Shown: piece after piece, positions 35,746 to 46,196 of the stretch
Layout: every line of letters starts with the position of its first letter
Position numbering within the stretch: the first letter of the stretch is position 1
Assembly: GCA_934668515.1 (NCBI GenBank)
Contig: CAKUNS010000006.1
Span: 2,201 to 66,200, forward strand
Source: an uncultured Eggerthellaceae bacterium
GTDB lineage: Bacteria > Actinomycetota > Coriobacteriia > Coriobacteriales > Eggerthellaceae
Length of the DNA stretch: 64,000 nt
Direction: 5' to 3'
Made by a program: the position numbers and the translations under genes
Notes under the pieces: model-generated
What the model was told of the DNA's origin: nothing
The model's database searches: none
Seen by the model: the letters and a program-made list of their open reading frames with translations, nothing else

Positions 35746-36075
35746 CTACCAGTGCTCAATCGCGATAGTCAGGTACTTATTCGAAACGGCTTCACGGCAA
35801 CATACTGCCGCAAATCGCTCTACGTGATCAAGCCCAATATGGCGACTATCGATTTCGAGCCTGACTCTAACGGGATGCGTTATAGAGGAGAGCTCATCGG
35901 CAAGTGCTGAGAGATTCCCTCCATAATACGACGGGAAATTCAGTTGATTCGAGAGCGACTGGTGCATTTCCTCTATCGTGTCGAGGTCCGCTCCTTTCAA
36001 AACCGCAAGCGACGCACCATGGGAAACGCACGTCCCGTAATCATGCTCATTGCACGGATTGTTGCCGATGATCAT
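35746..36075 (-). CDS. Barstar-family ribonuclease inhibitor (immunity protein)
   Basis: ..LNFPSYYGGNLSALADEL.. aligns with the barstar helix ..LALPEYYGENLDALWDCL.. (Asp39-equivalent retained). The ATG at 36075 overlaps the barnase stop as TGATG. Confidence 0.75.
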   Translation of the reverse strand: MIIGNNPCNEHDYGTCVSHGASLAVLKGADLDTIEEMHQSLSNQLNFPSYYGGNLSALADELSSITHPVRVRLEIDSRHIGLDHVERFAAVCCREAVSNKYLTIAIEHW

Positions 36076-36584
36076 CAATACAGCCTTTCAAAAGTGCGGT
36101 AGTGGTCTTGAGTGTAATAAATCAAGCCATCGTTTGAGAAGACGATGCGTTTCGCACCTCGATGTCCACCGTGATAGTCGATGTCGCATTCGGTCCAAAT
36201 GCGCCCATCTTTGTCGGGCAACAGGCCGTCATCGTTGTGGAATCGACTTCCGCTAATGCTTTTACCAGGGCAAACATCTTGTAAATTTCCATCTTGCGCA
36301 TCCCATCCAGCATCTCGCGCTTTCGTCTTAGATATGAAGTTGGATGGGAGGTGACCGTACTCGTTAATATACGCTGCGACTTCATCCTTGCTGGTGTAGT
36401 GCCCGTCTTCCTGAATCGCAATGCTGCTGATTTGAATGCTTGCTGAGGTTTCGTGCTCTTCGCTGTGATAAATGGAAACGCCATGCGAGCAGCTAATTAG
36501 CATGATTGGCAAAAGAGCAAGCAGTGCGATTGAGAACAAGCGCATAAGCTTCCCTATGAATGATGTCGACTTGTTCTGGCTCAT
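36075..36584 (-). CDS. Barnase-family extracellular guanyl-specific ribonuclease with a lipoprotein-type signal peptide
   Basis: ..LPSNFISKTKARDAGW...GNLQDVCPGKSISGSRF...GRIWTECDIDY..GHRGAKRIVFS.DGLIYYTQDHYRTF.. is collinear with barnase, including the Glu73, Arg83, Arg87 and His102 equivalents. The N-terminus MSQNKSTSFIGKLMRLFSIALLALLPIMLISC ends in a lipobox (L-I-S-C). I chose the ATG at 36584, preceded by AAGGAG. Confidence 0.85.
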   Translation of the reverse strand: MSQNKSTSFIGKLMRLFSIALLALLPIMLISCSHGVSIYHSEEHETSASIQISSIAIQEDGHYTSKDEVAAYINEYGHLPSNFISKTKARDAGWDAQDGNLQDVCPGKSISGSRFHNDDGLLPDKDGRIWTECDIDYHGGHRGAKRIVFSNDGLIYYTQDHYRTFERLY

Positions 36585-36722
36585 GCTTCTCCTTGCTAGG
36601 ATCATTACCCGTCGTCGGAGAACAATAGCAGATCAGATCCTGTCACGACATCTGATCGTTCATTGGGGGATTCCGCTTCAAACCGGCAGCGCTTCTATTC
36701 TGTTACGAAGCCTGATTCGCAA

Positions 36723-36751
36723 TTGCATTCAAGGTTATCTACTCGTATATT
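36723..36751 (+). promoter_or_regulatory. Candidate sigma-70-type promoter of the pyr operon
   Basis: TTGCAT, a 17-nt spacer, then TATATT. It would place the transcript start just before the PyrR-binding-loop-like sequence. Confidence 0.45.
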
Positions 36752-36760
36752 TATATACGT

Positions 36761-36856
36761 CCTTTAAGACGGTACAGAGAGACCGGCAAGGCAATGCAGC
36801 GTGGCAATATCACGCCACCTGTTATATAAGCCTTTGCCCTGCGAAGGCATTTTTTA
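36761..36856 (+). promoter_or_regulatory. PyrR-binding loop plus antiterminator/terminator (pyr attenuator)
   Basis: CCUUUAAGAC-GGUACAGAGAGACC-GGCAAGG resembles the PyrR binding-loop architecture (CCUUUAA..CAGAGAG..AAGG). GGCAAGGC (36785-36792) can pair with GCCTTTGCC (36830-36838). GCCTT..AAGGC followed by ATTTTTTA forms a weak terminator. Confidence 0.55.
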
Positions 36857-36913
36857 TGTCTGGCAGGGTAGCGGTGTCTTTCTGTTCGTGCACGTAACCA
36901 AGGAGTGGTGTGT

Positions 36914-37504
36914 ATGGCAGAAGACGGTCAGACAATCAAGAATGTCTGCATGGATGCAGACGACATCGAAAGGGCTGTCACTCGCATAGCCCATCAAATT
37001 CTTGAGCGCAATCACGGCGCTCAGAACCTCGCGTTGGTTGGAATCGTCACGCGCGGTGATCTTCTTGCGAAACGTCTCGCAGATAAGATCTTCGAGATCG
37101 AGGGCGTTCGGATTCCCCTCGGAAGGCTTGACATCAGCTTTTATCGCGACGATTTTGCAACCCATCTTTCCCCTGAAGTTCTTTCAACGCAAATCGATTT
37201 CGACATCGACGGCCTTGACGTCGTTCTGGTTGACGATGTGCTGTTCACCGGTCGCACGATCCGCAGCGCTCTCGACGCTCTTATGGATATCGGTCGTCCC
37301 CAAGCCGTCCAGCTTGCTGTTCTCATTGATCGCGGTCATCGCGAACTTCCCATTCGCGCTGATTTCGTCGGAAAGAACGTCCCTTCGGCTTCCACTGAGA
37401 ACGTGCGCTTGTTTTTGGAAGAAGTTGACGGACGAACCGAAGTGGAGATTCTCTCTGTCGAACCTGGCGAACGTATCGGATCAGCCCCGTTGGGAGGCGA
37501 GTGA
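36914..37504 (+). CDS. pyrR: Bifunctional pyrimidine operon attenuation regulator / uracil phosphoribosyltransferase
   Basis: It has ..[18 protein letters not shown].. and the PRPP-binding motif ..[18 protein letters not shown]... I chose the ATG at 36914, 9 nt after AAGGAG. The track start 36905 is a GTG. Confidence 0.92.
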   Translation: MAEDGQTIKNVCMDADDIERAVTRIAHQILERNHGAQNLALVGIVTRGDLLAKRLADKIFEIEGVRIPLGRLDISFYRDDFATHLSPEVLSTQIDFDIDGLDVVLVDDVLFTGRTIRSALDALMDIGRPQAVQLAVLIDRGHRELPIRADFVGKNVPSASTENVRLFLEEVDGRTEVEILSVEPGERIGSAPLGGE

Positions 37505-37506
37505 CC

Positions 37507-38451
37507 ATGGTATTCAACCACAAGCTCATGCTTGATTTGCACGACTATTCCGCAGAAGACATCATGACGATCCTGCATACCGCTGATCGTTTTCGTGAGG
37601 TCAACGAGCGTCGCATCAAGAAGGTGCCAACGCTTAAGGGCTACACGGTCGTCAACATGTTCAACGAGCCCTCGACGCGCACCCGTTCTTCTTTTGAGAT
37701 GGCCGAGAAGCGCATGAGCTGCGATACGCTGAACTTCGGTGGTTCCAATAACTCTACCGTTAAAGGCGAAAGCTTGGTCGACACCGTCAAGACGCTGTGC
37801 TCTTACAAGATCGACCTCATTGTTGTGCGCGACAAACATGCAGGTGCACCCCGTAAAATCGCCGATGTTTCCGGCGTTCCCGTAATCGATGCGGGCGACG
37901 GCAAGCATCAGCATCCCACCCAGGCGCTGCTAGATCTTTACACCATCTGGAAAAGGAAAGGCGCTTTCGAGGGCCTTAAAGTTGGCATCATCGGCGACAT
38001 CTCGCATTCCCGCGTATGCGGCTCGCTCGTTCCCGCACTGAAGAAGATGGGCTGCTCGGTCACGCTCATCGCCCCGCAGACGCTTCTTCCTGCACGACCT
38101 GATGTTCTCGGCGCCGATGAGGTGACCACCGATCTCGAGGGTGCTCTTCCAGAGCTTGACGTTGTCTACATGCTGCGCATTCAAACCGAACGTCTTGAGG
38201 ACGCGCCGTACCCCAGCTTGCGTGAGTACAGCATGCTGTACGGCCTTAACGAGAAGCGTTCGCGCCTTTTGAAGCCCGATGCCATGGTCTGTCATCCCGG
38301 TCCCGTCAATCGCGGTGTTGAGCTTGACAGTTTCATGGTTGACCACCCCAACTTCTCCGTCATCACCGATCAAGTGTATTCGGGCATCTTGGTTCGTATG
38401 GCTTCTTTGTATCTGCTACTTGGAGGGAGCGACGATGGCCTTACTGCTTAA
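37507..38451 (+). CDS. pyrB: Aspartate carbamoyltransferase catalytic subunit
   Basis: It has ..FNEPSTRTRSSFE.. and ..HQHPTQALLD... The ATG at 37507 lies 9 nt after GGGAGG. The GTG at 37501 is an alternative. Confidence 0.93.
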   Translation: MVFNHKLMLDLHDYSAEDIMTILHTADRFREVNERRIKKVPTLKGYTVVNMFNEPSTRTRSSFEMAEKRMSCDTLNFGGSNNSTVKGESLVDTVKTLCSYKIDLIVVRDKHAGAPRKIADVSGVPVIDAGDGKHQHPTQALLDLYTIWKRKGAFEGLKVGIIGDISHSRVCGSLVPALKKMGCSVTLIAPQTLLPARPDVLGADEVTTDLEGALPELDVVYMLRIQTERLEDAPYPSLREYSMLYGLNEKRSRLLKPDAMVCHPGPVNRGVELDSFMVDHPNFSVITDQVYSGILVRMASLYLLLGGSDDGLTA

Positions 38452-39775
38452 AAACGTTCTTGCGATCGATCCTCAGGTTTCGCTACACGAGGCGTGTGAC
38501 ATTCTGATCGAGGACGGACGCATCGCGAAAGTGGGGAAGGACCTTCCTTCTCAGGCAAACGACGAAGTCCGCGATCTGGGTGGTAAGGTCTGCCTCCCTG
38601 GTTTGGTTGACATTCATGTTCACTTCCGCGATCCCGGCCTTGAATATAAAGAAGACATCGAGACAGGCTCTCGCGCTGCAGCGCATGGCGGCTTCACCGA
38701 TGTTTGCTGCATGCCGAACACCGATCCTGTCACCGACAACGCAATGGTAGTCGAATACATCAGGTCGCGAGCACGAGACCTTGGCAAATGCCGCGTGCAT
38801 GTGTCCGGCGCCTGCACCAAAGGCCTGAAAGGCGAGGCTTTGGCCGAGATGGGCGATATGGTTGCCCATGGTTGCGTGGCCTTCACCGATGACGGTCGAG
38901 GCGTTCAAGATTCCGGTATGATGCGCCGCGTCATGGACTACGCCGTACAGTTCGGAAAGATCGTCATGAGCCATTGCCAAGACGAGGGCTTGGTAGATAA
39001 AGGCCAGGTCAACGAAGGCGTTGCCTCAACCCGTCTTGCCATTCAGGGTTGGCCAGGTGCCGGTGAGGAAATCCAAATCCATCGCGACATCGAGATCAGC
39101 CGGCTCACGGGTTGCCCGATTCACATCCAGCATCTTACTACGGCACATGGCATAGAGATCGTCCGCCGCGCCAAGGCCGATGGCGTCAAGGTTACCTGCG
39201 AGGTCACGCCTCATCACTTGTTCCTTACCGAAGATGACATCACCGAGGCATACGAAACTTCCCTCAAGGTGAATCCGCCGTTGCGCACCAAAGAGGATTC
39301 GCAAGCTTTGGTTGACGCCATCCTCGACGGCACCGTCGACTGCATCGTCACCGATCATGCGCCGCATGCCGATCACGAGAAGGATCGTGAATTCGAGCTC
39401 GCGCCTTTCGGCATGACGGGCCTTGAGACTTCGCTTGCTTCAGTCGTCGATGGCTTGGTGAATCCGGGTATCATCACCTGGGAGCGTCTTGTCGAGCTTA
39501 TGTGCGTCAATCCGCGCACGTTGCTTGGCATCCCTTCGGTTAAGATCGAGGAAGGTTCTTCCGCCGACCTCACCATCATCGACCCTGAAAAGCAGTGGAC
39601 CGTCGTTGCCGACGATTTCGAATCGAAGGCAAACAACAGCGGTTTTATCAGCCGTACTTTCAGGGGTCGCGCCACCGATGTGTACGTTGGCGGCATTCCC
39701 ACTATGATCGACGGTTCGGTTACGGACGGCCATCAAGATATTCAATTTCGCGACTACGCGTTCAATCAGGATTAA
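38435..39775 (+). CDS. pyrC: Dihydroorotase
   Basis: It has ..PGLVDIHVHFRDPG.. and ..VTDHAPH... The ATG at 38435 has a GGAGGGA RBS and overlaps the pyrB end by 17 nt. The track start 38279 lies inside pyrB. Confidence 0.9.
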   Translation: MALLLKNVLAIDPQVSLHEACDILIEDGRIAKVGKDLPSQANDEVRDLGGKVCLPGLVDIHVHFRDPGLEYKEDIETGSRAAAHGGFTDVCCMPNTDPVTDNAMVVEYIRSRARDLGKCRVHVSGACTKGLKGEALAEMGDMVAHGCVAFTDDGRGVQDSGMMRRVMDYAVQFGKIVMSHCQDEGLVDKGQVNEGVASTRLAIQGWPGAGEEIQIHRDIEISRLTGCPIHIQHLTTAHGIEIVRRAKADGVKVTCEVTPHHLFLTEDDITEAYETSLKVNPPLRTKEDSQALVDAILDGTVDCIVTDHAPHADHEKDREFELAPFGMTGLETSLASVVDGLVNPGIITWERLVELMCVNPRTLLGIPSVKIEEGSSADLTIIDPEKQWTVVADDFESKANNSGFISRTFRGRATDVYVGGIPTMIDGSVTDGHQDIQFRDYAFNQD

Positions 39776-39790
39776 GGAAGTGAGGAACCA

Positions 39791-41182
39791 GTGAGCGAAC
39801 TTTCTCAGACGCTGTTCCAGAACACGTCCAAACCTCAGGCAGTGCCAGCGGCCGTGGCTCTCGAAGACGGAACTGTCTTCCACGGTACCGCTTGCGGCGC
39901 CAAGGGCGAGGCATTCGGCGAGATCTGCTTCAACACCTCGTTGGAGGGTTATCTCGAGGTAATCACCGACCCTTCGTACGCCGGCCAGATCATCACCATG
40001 ACGTACCCGCAAATCGGCAATTATGGCGTGAACGACCAGGATGCCCAGTCGGCAAAACCCGCGCTGCGCGGCTTGGTCGTTCGCGATATGTGCACGGTTC
40101 CCTCGAACTGGCGCTCCACCAAAACGCTCCCCGAGTTCCTTGAGGAGCACGGCATCGTTGCCATCGAAGATATCGACACTCGCGCTCTGGTCCGCCATGT
40201 GCGCGATAACGGCGCCATGAAAGCCGTTATCTCAACTGAGGATGCTGACGACGCACGTTTGGTTCAAAAGGCAAAGGACAGCCAGTCCATTGTCGGCGTG
40301 AACCTTGTCGAAACCGTTTCATGCCCTGCGCCCTTCAAGATGAGCGTCGATGAGCTTCCCAAGTCCAAGGCTTTCGCGCTTACCGAAGCCCCCGAAGTTC
40401 GTTACAACGTTGTTGCCTACGATTGCGGCGCAAAGCAGTCCATCCTCGAAGGCTTGGTTCGCGTTGGTTGCAACCTTACGGTTGTGCCTTGGAACACCTC
40501 CGCCGAAGAGGTTCTTGCGATGAATCCTGACGGAGTCTTCCTGTCTAACGGCCCCGGCGACCCCGAAGCCGTCGAAGAGACCTATAACCAAGTGCAGAAT
40601 CTTCTGGGCAAGGTTCCCGTATTCGGCATTTGCCTTGGTCACCAGATGATCTCCAAGGCTTGCGGAGCAAATATCTCCAAGCTCAAGTTCGGTCATCGCG
40701 GCGGCAACCATCCGGTTGAGAACCTTCTTACCGGTCGCGTTGAGATCACCGCGCAAAATCATGGTTTCAATCTCGATTTCGATTCCTTGGGTCAGCTCAT
40801 TCCCGAAGAGTCGGGTGGCGAGACCGAACATCATACCGACCTTCGCTATTGGGTCGAAAAGAAGATTGCTCCTGTGGTCAAGAACGATCGCTACGGCCGC
40901 ATCCGTCTCACCCATGTCAACCTCAACGACGGCACCGCTGAGGGCATCGCACTGCTCGATATCCCTGCGTTCTCCGTTCAGTACCACCCTGAAGCAAACC
41001 CTGGTCCCACCGATGCCCATTACCTGTTCACGGCGTTCACGCGTTTGATGGACGGCGATCAGGCATACCTGGACATCGATATCGCCAAGGATCGTCTTGA
41101 CGGTTGGACGTTTGATCAAACTGCAACGAATGATGAAGCAGAAGAGCATTCTGCCAGCACCAAGGAGGTTCAGAATGCCTAA
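39791..41182 (+). CDS. carA: Carbamoyl-phosphate synthase small (glutamine amidotransferase) subunit
   Basis: It has ..[31 protein letters not shown].. and the GATase triad region ..FGICLGHQ.. ..VQYHPEA... It starts at GTG and is 463 aa with an internal insertion and a C-terminal tail. Confidence 0.92.
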   Translation: MSELSQTLFQNTSKPQAVPAAVALEDGTVFHGTACGAKGEAFGEICFNTSLEGYLEVITDPSYAGQIITMTYPQIGNYGVNDQDAQSAKPALRGLVVRDMCTVPSNWRSTKTLPEFLEEHGIVAIEDIDTRALVRHVRDNGAMKAVISTEDADDARLVQKAKDSQSIVGVNLVETVSCPAPFKMSVDELPKSKAFALTEAPEVRYNVVAYDCGAKQSILEGLVRVGCNLTVVPWNTSAEEVLAMNPDGVFLSNGPGDPEAVEETYNQVQNLLGKVPVFGICLGHQMISKACGANISKLKFGHRGGNHPVENLLTGRVEITAQNHGFNLDFDSLGQLIPEESGGETEHHTDLRYWVEKKIAPVVKNDRYGRIRLTHVNLNDGTAEGIALLDIPAFSVQYHPEANPGPTDAHYLFTAFTRLMDGDQAYLDIDIAKDRLDGWTFDQTATNDEAEEHSASTKEVQNA

Positions 41183-44100
41183 GCGCACCGACATCGAATC
41201 CATTCTCGTCATTGGCTCGGGTCCTATCGTCATCGGTCAGGCTTGCGAGTTCGACTATTCCGGCGCGCAGGCATGCAAGGTCCTTCGCGAAGAGGGCTAT
41301 CGCGTCATTCTGGTTAACTCGAACCCAGCAACCATCATGACCGACCCCGGTTTGGCTGACCGTACCTACGTCGAACCCATCACGCGTGAGTTCGTCGAGA
41401 AGATCATCGAGAAGGAGCGCCCTGATGCGCTGCTTCCGACTCTTGGCGGCCAAACCGGTCTGAATACTGCTGTCGAGCTTGCTGAAGCTGGCATTCTTGA
41501 AAAGTACGATGTCGAGATGATCGGTTGCGACCTTGCTGCGATTCAGCGCGGTGAAGACCGTAAGCTCTTCAACGACTGCATGGAAGAGCTTGGCATTGAA
41601 ACCGCTCGCAGCGGTTACGCATACTCCGTCGAAGATGCTCTTGGCATCGTCGCCGAGCTTGGCTACCCGGTCGTCCTGCGTCCCTCCTTCACCCTGGGCG
41701 GTGCAGGCGGCGGCATCGCCCACACTGAAGAGGAGCTTAAGCTTATCGTTTCCCAGGGCATCGAGCTGTCCCCAGCTAGCGAGGTTCTCGTCGAAGAGAG
41801 CATCGAGGGCTGGAAAGAGTTCGAAATGGAGGTCATGCGCGATAAGGCCGGCAATGGCATCATCGTTTGCTCTATCGAGAACTTCGACCCCATGGGCGTT
41901 CACACTGGCGACTCCATCACCGTCGCGCCTGCTCAGACGCTATCCGACGTTGAATATCAGCGCATGCGCGTGGCATCTTTGGCCATTCTCGAGAAGATCG
42001 GCGTTGAGACCGGCGGTTCGAACGTTCAGTTCGCCATCAACCCCGAGAACGGCCGCATGGTCGTCATCGAGATGAACCCTCGTGTTTCGCGTTCCTCGGC
42101 CCTGGCTTCCAAGGCAACCGGCTTCCCGATTGCCAAAGCGGCAGCTCGCCTTGCTGTAGGCTACACTCTTGACGAAATCGTCAACGACATCACCAAGGCA
42201 ACCCCTGCCTGCTTCGAGCCTTCCATCGACTACTGCGTCGTCAAGGTTCCGCGCTTTGCATTCGAGAAGTTCAAGGACACCGACGACACGCTTTCCACTC
42301 GCATGAAGGCCGTCGGTGAAATCATGTCCATCGGTCGCACTTTCGAAGAAGCGCTCGGCAAGGCCATGCGTTCCCTCGAGAACGGTCGAGGTGGTTTCGG
42401 TGGCGACGGCAAGGGTCAAAAGCTCCCAAAGGAAGACTTCGAGCCGTTGCTTGCCCGTCCCACAGCTGATCGTATCTACTATCTTGCCGATGCTCTTCGC
42501 GCAGGCTGGACTGTTGACGAGATCTGCGCTGTTACCAAAATCGATCGCTTCTTCGTGGGCAGAATGCACGATATGATTGCCGTCCAGACCGCGCTTTCCA
42601 AGATCCCGTTCGATTCGCTTGATGCCGATACCATGCGCGTTGCAAAATCGTACGGCATCTCCGATATCGAGATCGCTCATCTCTGCGGTTCTGACGAGCT
42701 TGCCGTTCGCGCAAAGCGTAAAGAACTTGGCGTCATCCCGTCTTTCAAGACGGTAGACACCTGCGCTGCCGAGTTCCCCAGCAAGACTGCTTATCACTAC
42801 AAAACCTACGATGCCGCCGAAACCGAGATCACCCGCGGTGACAAGAAGCGCATCATGATCTTGGGTGCCGGCCCCAATCGCATTGGCCAAGGCATCGAGT
42901 TCGACTACTGCTGCGTTCATGCAAGCTATGCTCTTGCTGAAGAGGGTTATGAGACCATCATGGTCAACTGCAACCCTGAAACCGTGTCTACCGACTACGA
43001 TACCTCGGACAAACTGTACTTCGAACCGCTCACGTACGAAGACGTCATGGACATCATCGACGTCGAGGAGCCTGATGGCGTTATCGTCACGCTTGGCGGT
43101 CAGACCCCGCTTAAGCTGGCTAAGCCGCTTGAGGATGCAGGCGTTCCCATCTTGGGCACCCAACCTGAGGCTATCGACCTCGCCGAGGACCGCGACCGCT
43201 TTGCCGCGGTTCTTGATGAGCTTCATATTACGTATCCGGCTTCCGGCGAGGCGTCCACGTTCGAAGAAGCCGTGCGCGTTGCCGACCAGATCGGCTTCCC
43301 GTTGCTCGTTCGCCCCAGCTATGTTCTTGGCGGACGCGGCATGGCCATCGTTTACGATGGCGCTCAACTTGAGAAGTACATGGGTGAGGCTGCAAAGATC
43401 TCTCCGGATCATCCCGTATACCTCGACCGTTTCCTCGAGGCCGCAGTAGAGGTCGACCTCGACTGCATTTCCGATGGCGAGCAGGTTTACATCGGCGGCG
43501 TTTTGGAACACATTGAGGAAGCGGGCATCCACTCCGGTGACTCCGCTTGCTGCATCCCGCCGTTTGCCCTGTCCGACTCTCTTGTCATGAGGCTTCGCGC
43601 CATTGCTCGCGACCTCGCTCTGCGTCTGGGCGTCAAGGGCCTCCTGAACATCCAGTTCGGCGTGAAGGATTCCACCATCTACGTCATTGAAGCTAATCCG
43701 CGCGCAAGCCGCACCGTGCCGTTCGTCTCCAAGGCAACCGGCGTCGCTCTCGCAAAAGCAGCAGCAAGGATCATGGCGGGCGAGAAGATCGCTGACTTGA
43801 ACCTTCCGGCCGACGATCGTCGCCTCGATCGCTACTCCGTCAAGGAAGCAGTCATGCCCTTCGGTCGCTTCCCAGGCTCCGACGTCGTCCTTGGACCTGA
43901 GATGAAGTCCACCGGTGAGGTTATGGGCATCGCCAACAACTTCCCGGCTGCTTACGCCAAGACCGAGCTGGCCATCGATTACGATCTACCTAAGATCGGC
44001 ACTGTTTTTGTTAGCGTTGCCGACCGCGACAAGCGCAACATCGTGCCTATCGCACGCGATTTTAGCCGCCTTGGCTTCAAGGTCGTAGCGACGTCCGGCA

Positions 44101-44414
44101 CCGAGCGCGCGCTTACCGCAGCTGGCGTTCCGTGCGAGCGCGTGCTTAAGGTTCGCGAGACCCAAAGCAACCCCGATGCCGGCCGCAGCATTCTCGACAT
44201 GATCGCAAACGGTGAGATCGACCTCATGATCAACACCCCGTTTGGTCATGAGACACGCGGCGACGGCTACGAGCTGCGCCTTGCTGCCGTTTGCCACGGC
44301 GTGCCATATGCCACGACTCTTTCCGGTGCCCAGGCTTTGGCTCAGGCGATGGAAGTCGTTCGCGCCACGGGTCTGAACATCGTCGCTTTGCAAGACTTCG
44401 ACCAATGGGCATAG
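41175..44414 (+). CDS. carB: Carbamoyl-phosphate synthase large subunit
   Basis: [30 protein letters not shown] is the canonical CarB N-terminus. It has a duplicated ATP-grasp and an MGS-like C-terminus. The ATG at 41175 follows AAGGAGG. Confidence 0.95.
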   Translation: MPKRTDIESILVIGSGPIVIGQACEFDYSGAQACKVLREEGYRVILVNSNPATIMTDPGLADRTYVEPITREFVEKIIEKERPDALLPTLGGQTGLNTAVELAEAGILEKYDVEMIGCDLAAIQRGEDRKLFNDCMEELGIETARSGYAYSVEDALGIVAELGYPVVLRPSFTLGGAGGGIAHTEEELKLIVSQGIELSPASEVLVEESIEGWKEFEMEVMRDKAGNGIIVCSIENFDPMGVHTGDSITVAPAQTLSDVEYQRMRVASLAILEKIGVETGGSNVQFAINPENGRMVVIEMNPRVSRSSALASKATGFPIAKAAARLAVGYTLDEIVNDITKATPACFEPSIDYCVVKVPRFAFEKFKDTDDTLSTRMKAVGEIMSIGRTFEEALGKAMRSLENGRGGFGGDGKGQKLPKEDFEPLLARPTADRIYYLADALRAGWTVDEICAVTKIDRFFVGRMHDMIAVQTALSKIPFDSLDADTMRVAKSYGISDIEIAHLCGSDELAVRAKRKELGVIPSFKTVDTCAAEFPSKTAYHYKTYDAAETEITRGDKKRIMILGAGPNRIGQGIEFDYCCVHASYALAEEGYETIMVNCNPETVSTDYDTSDKLYFEPLTYEDVMDIIDVEEPDGVIVTLGGQTPLKLAKPLEDAGVPILGTQPEAIDLAEDRDRFAAVLDELHITYPASGEASTFEEAVRVADQIGFPLLVRPSYVLGGRGMAIVYDGAQLEKYMGEAAKISPDHPVYLDRFLEAAVEVDLDCISDGEQVYIGGVLEHIEEAGIHSGDSACCIPPFALSDSLVMRLRAIARDLALRLGVKGLLNIQFGVKDSTIYVIEANPRASRTVPFVSKATGVALAKAAARIMAGEKIADLNLPADDRRLDRYSVKEAVMPFGRFPGSDVVLGPEMKSTGEVMGIANNFPAAYAKTELAIDYDLPKIGTVFVSVADRDKRNIVPIARDFSRLGFKVVATSGTERALTAAGVPCERVLKVRETQSNPDAGRSILDMIANGEIDLMINTPFGHETRGDGYELRLAAVCHGVPYATTLSGAQALAQAMEVVRATGLNIVALQDFDQWA

Positions 44415-44424
44415 GAGGAACCCG

Positions 44425-45234
44425 ATGACTGGATTGGCCAACGAGCAAACCAAGATGCTCTCCAATGAAATGGTGGGGCCGCGCCTGTACCTCATGCGCG
44501 TCGAGTCCCCACTGATCTGCTCGGCGATTCTTCCGGGTCAGTTCGTTCATATGCGCATCCCAGGCATGTCCGACCATGTGCTTCGCCGCCCGTTCTCGGT
44601 ATATGCATGGGACACTGAGACCGGTGTCATGGACATTCTTTATCAGGTGGTCGGTTACGGAACCGACCACCTTGCCCAGCTTCAACCTGGCGATCGCCTT
44701 GCAAACGACATCGAAATTATCGGACCCATTGGAAACGCATGGGCTCCTTCAAAGGACTCTGCTGGGTTCCAGCCAGCTAAATCACTGATCGTCGGTGGCG
44801 GAGCCGGCGCTCCTGCCGTTTTCATGCTCGCCAAACAGCTTCATGAAGCAGGAAAGCAAGTCGATGTTGTTTTGGGCGCCGCCACTAAGGACGCCCTTGT
44901 CTGCATGGAGCGCTATCAGCAGCTTCTTGGCGAAGAGCACGTCTTCGTCGCTACCGACGACGGCTCTTTTGGGCGAGCCGGCTTCTGCACTTCACTTGTT
45001 GAGGAGCGCTTGGCCGAAGGGTATGACTATGTTGCAACCTGCGGTCCGAATCCGCTTATGCACATCGTCGCAGACCTTGCTCAAAAGGCCGGCGCATTCT
45101 GCGAGGTTTCTACTGAGCGAAAGATGGCATGTGGCGTAGGCGCATGCCTGTCCTGCGTTGTCGACACCACCGAAGGAAAGAAGCGCTCCTGCGTAGACGG
45201 CCCGATCTTCGATTCGAAGAAGGTGATCTGGTAA
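44425..45234 (+). CDS. pyrK: Dihydroorotate dehydrogenase (type 1B) electron-transfer subunit
   Basis: It has an FAD/NAD-binding ferredoxin-reductase fold (..RRPFSV..) and a C-terminal 2Fe-2S motif (..CGVGACLSCV....C..GP..). Confidence 0.9.
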   Translation: MTGLANEQTKMLSNEMVGPRLYLMRVESPLICSAILPGQFVHMRIPGMSDHVLRRPFSVYAWDTETGVMDILYQVVGYGTDHLAQLQPGDRLANDIEIIGPIGNAWAPSKDSAGFQPAKSLIVGGGAGAPAVFMLAKQLHEAGKQVDVVLGAATKDALVCMERYQQLLGEEHVFVATDDGSFGRAGFCTSLVEERLAEGYDYVATCGPNPLMHIVADLAQKAGAFCEVSTERKMACGVGACLSCVVDTTEGKKRSCVDGPIFDSKKVIW

Positions 45235-46196
45235 TGACGATTGAAGCTTGCCCACTTGCACCAGCTGCTATCCCCATGAACACGCAGGTGAATCTTTCAG
45301 TAAACCTTGGCGGGCTTGAGATGAAGAATCCCGTCACGGTTGCTTCGGGCACGTTTGCAGCAGGTCTTGAGTACTCCGATTTCGTTGACGTCAGCGCTCT
45401 TGGCGCGGTTACGACGAAGGGCGTCTCACTGAACGGCTGGGAGGGCAACGCCTCTCCGCGCATCGCCGAAACGCCGAGCGGCATGCTCAACTCAATCGGT
45501 CTTCAAAACCCTGGCGTTACCCATTTGAAGGAATTCGAGCTTCCTTGGCTTGCCAAGGTTGGTGCCACAACCATCGTCAATGTCTCGGGTCATAGCTTTC
45601 AGGAATACGTTGACGTCATCGAGGCTCTTGAAGATGTTGACAGCGTTGGCGCTTATGAGGTCAACATCTCTTGCCCCAATGTTGATGCAGGCGGCTTGAA
45701 CATGGGCACCAACACGGATAGCGTTTCGCATGTTGTAGGCTTATGCCGTGCGGCAACAAAAAAGCCGCTTATCGTGAAGCTCACACCTAACGTCACCGAT
45801 ATCACCGAGATTGCCAAAGCGTCAGTTGCTGCAGGCGCCGATGCACTCTCCATGATCAACACACTGACAGGCATGGCGATTGACGCAGAATCGCAGCGCC
45901 CGCTTTTAGCGCGCGTGATAGGCGGTCTTTCCGGGCCGGCTGTGAAACCCGTCGCCCTTCGCTGTGTCTGGGAAACCAGCCGTGCGGTTGACGTTCCTAT
46001 TCTTGGCATGGGCGGCATCACCAATGGTCAGGATGCCATCGAGTTCATCTTGGCAGGAGCCACTGCTGTCGCTGTTGGAACTTCCAATTTCATGGATCCC
46101 GCAAGCACCGTTAAGGTCATCAACGGTATCATCGACTATTGCGAACGCCATGGCGTTAAGGACATCAACGAACTGAGAGGTGCATTGAAATGCTAG
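45234..46196 (+). CDS. pyrD: Dihydroorotate dehydrogenase (type 1B) catalytic subunit
   Basis: It has ..LEMKNPVTVASGTF.., ..NSIGLQNPG.., ..NISCPN.. and ..GGLSGPAVKPVAL... The ATG at 45234 overlaps the pyrK stop as TAATG. Confidence 0.92.
   Translation: MTIEACPLAPAAIPMNTQVNLSVNLGGLEMKNPVTVASGTFAAGLEYSDFVDVSALGAVTTKGVSLNGWEGNASPRIAETPSGMLNSIGLQNPGVTHLKEFELPWLAKVGATTIVNVSGHSFQEYVDVIEALEDVDSVGAYEVNISCPNVDAGGLNMGTNTDSVSHVVGLCRAATKKPLIVKLTPNVTDITEIAKASVAAGADALSMINTLTGMAIDAESQRPLLARVIGGLSGPAVKPVALRCVWETSRAVDVPILGMGGITNGQDAIEFILAGATAVAVGTSNFMDPASTVKVINGIIDYCERHGVKDINELRGALKC

Noticed and set aside
40319-43532. Minus-strand ORFs of 304, 288 and 530 aa across carA and carB.
   Set aside because: These are antisense shadows of carA and carB. 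The + frames carry canonical CarA and CarB motifs, and none of the minus ORFs has an RBS or a family signature.
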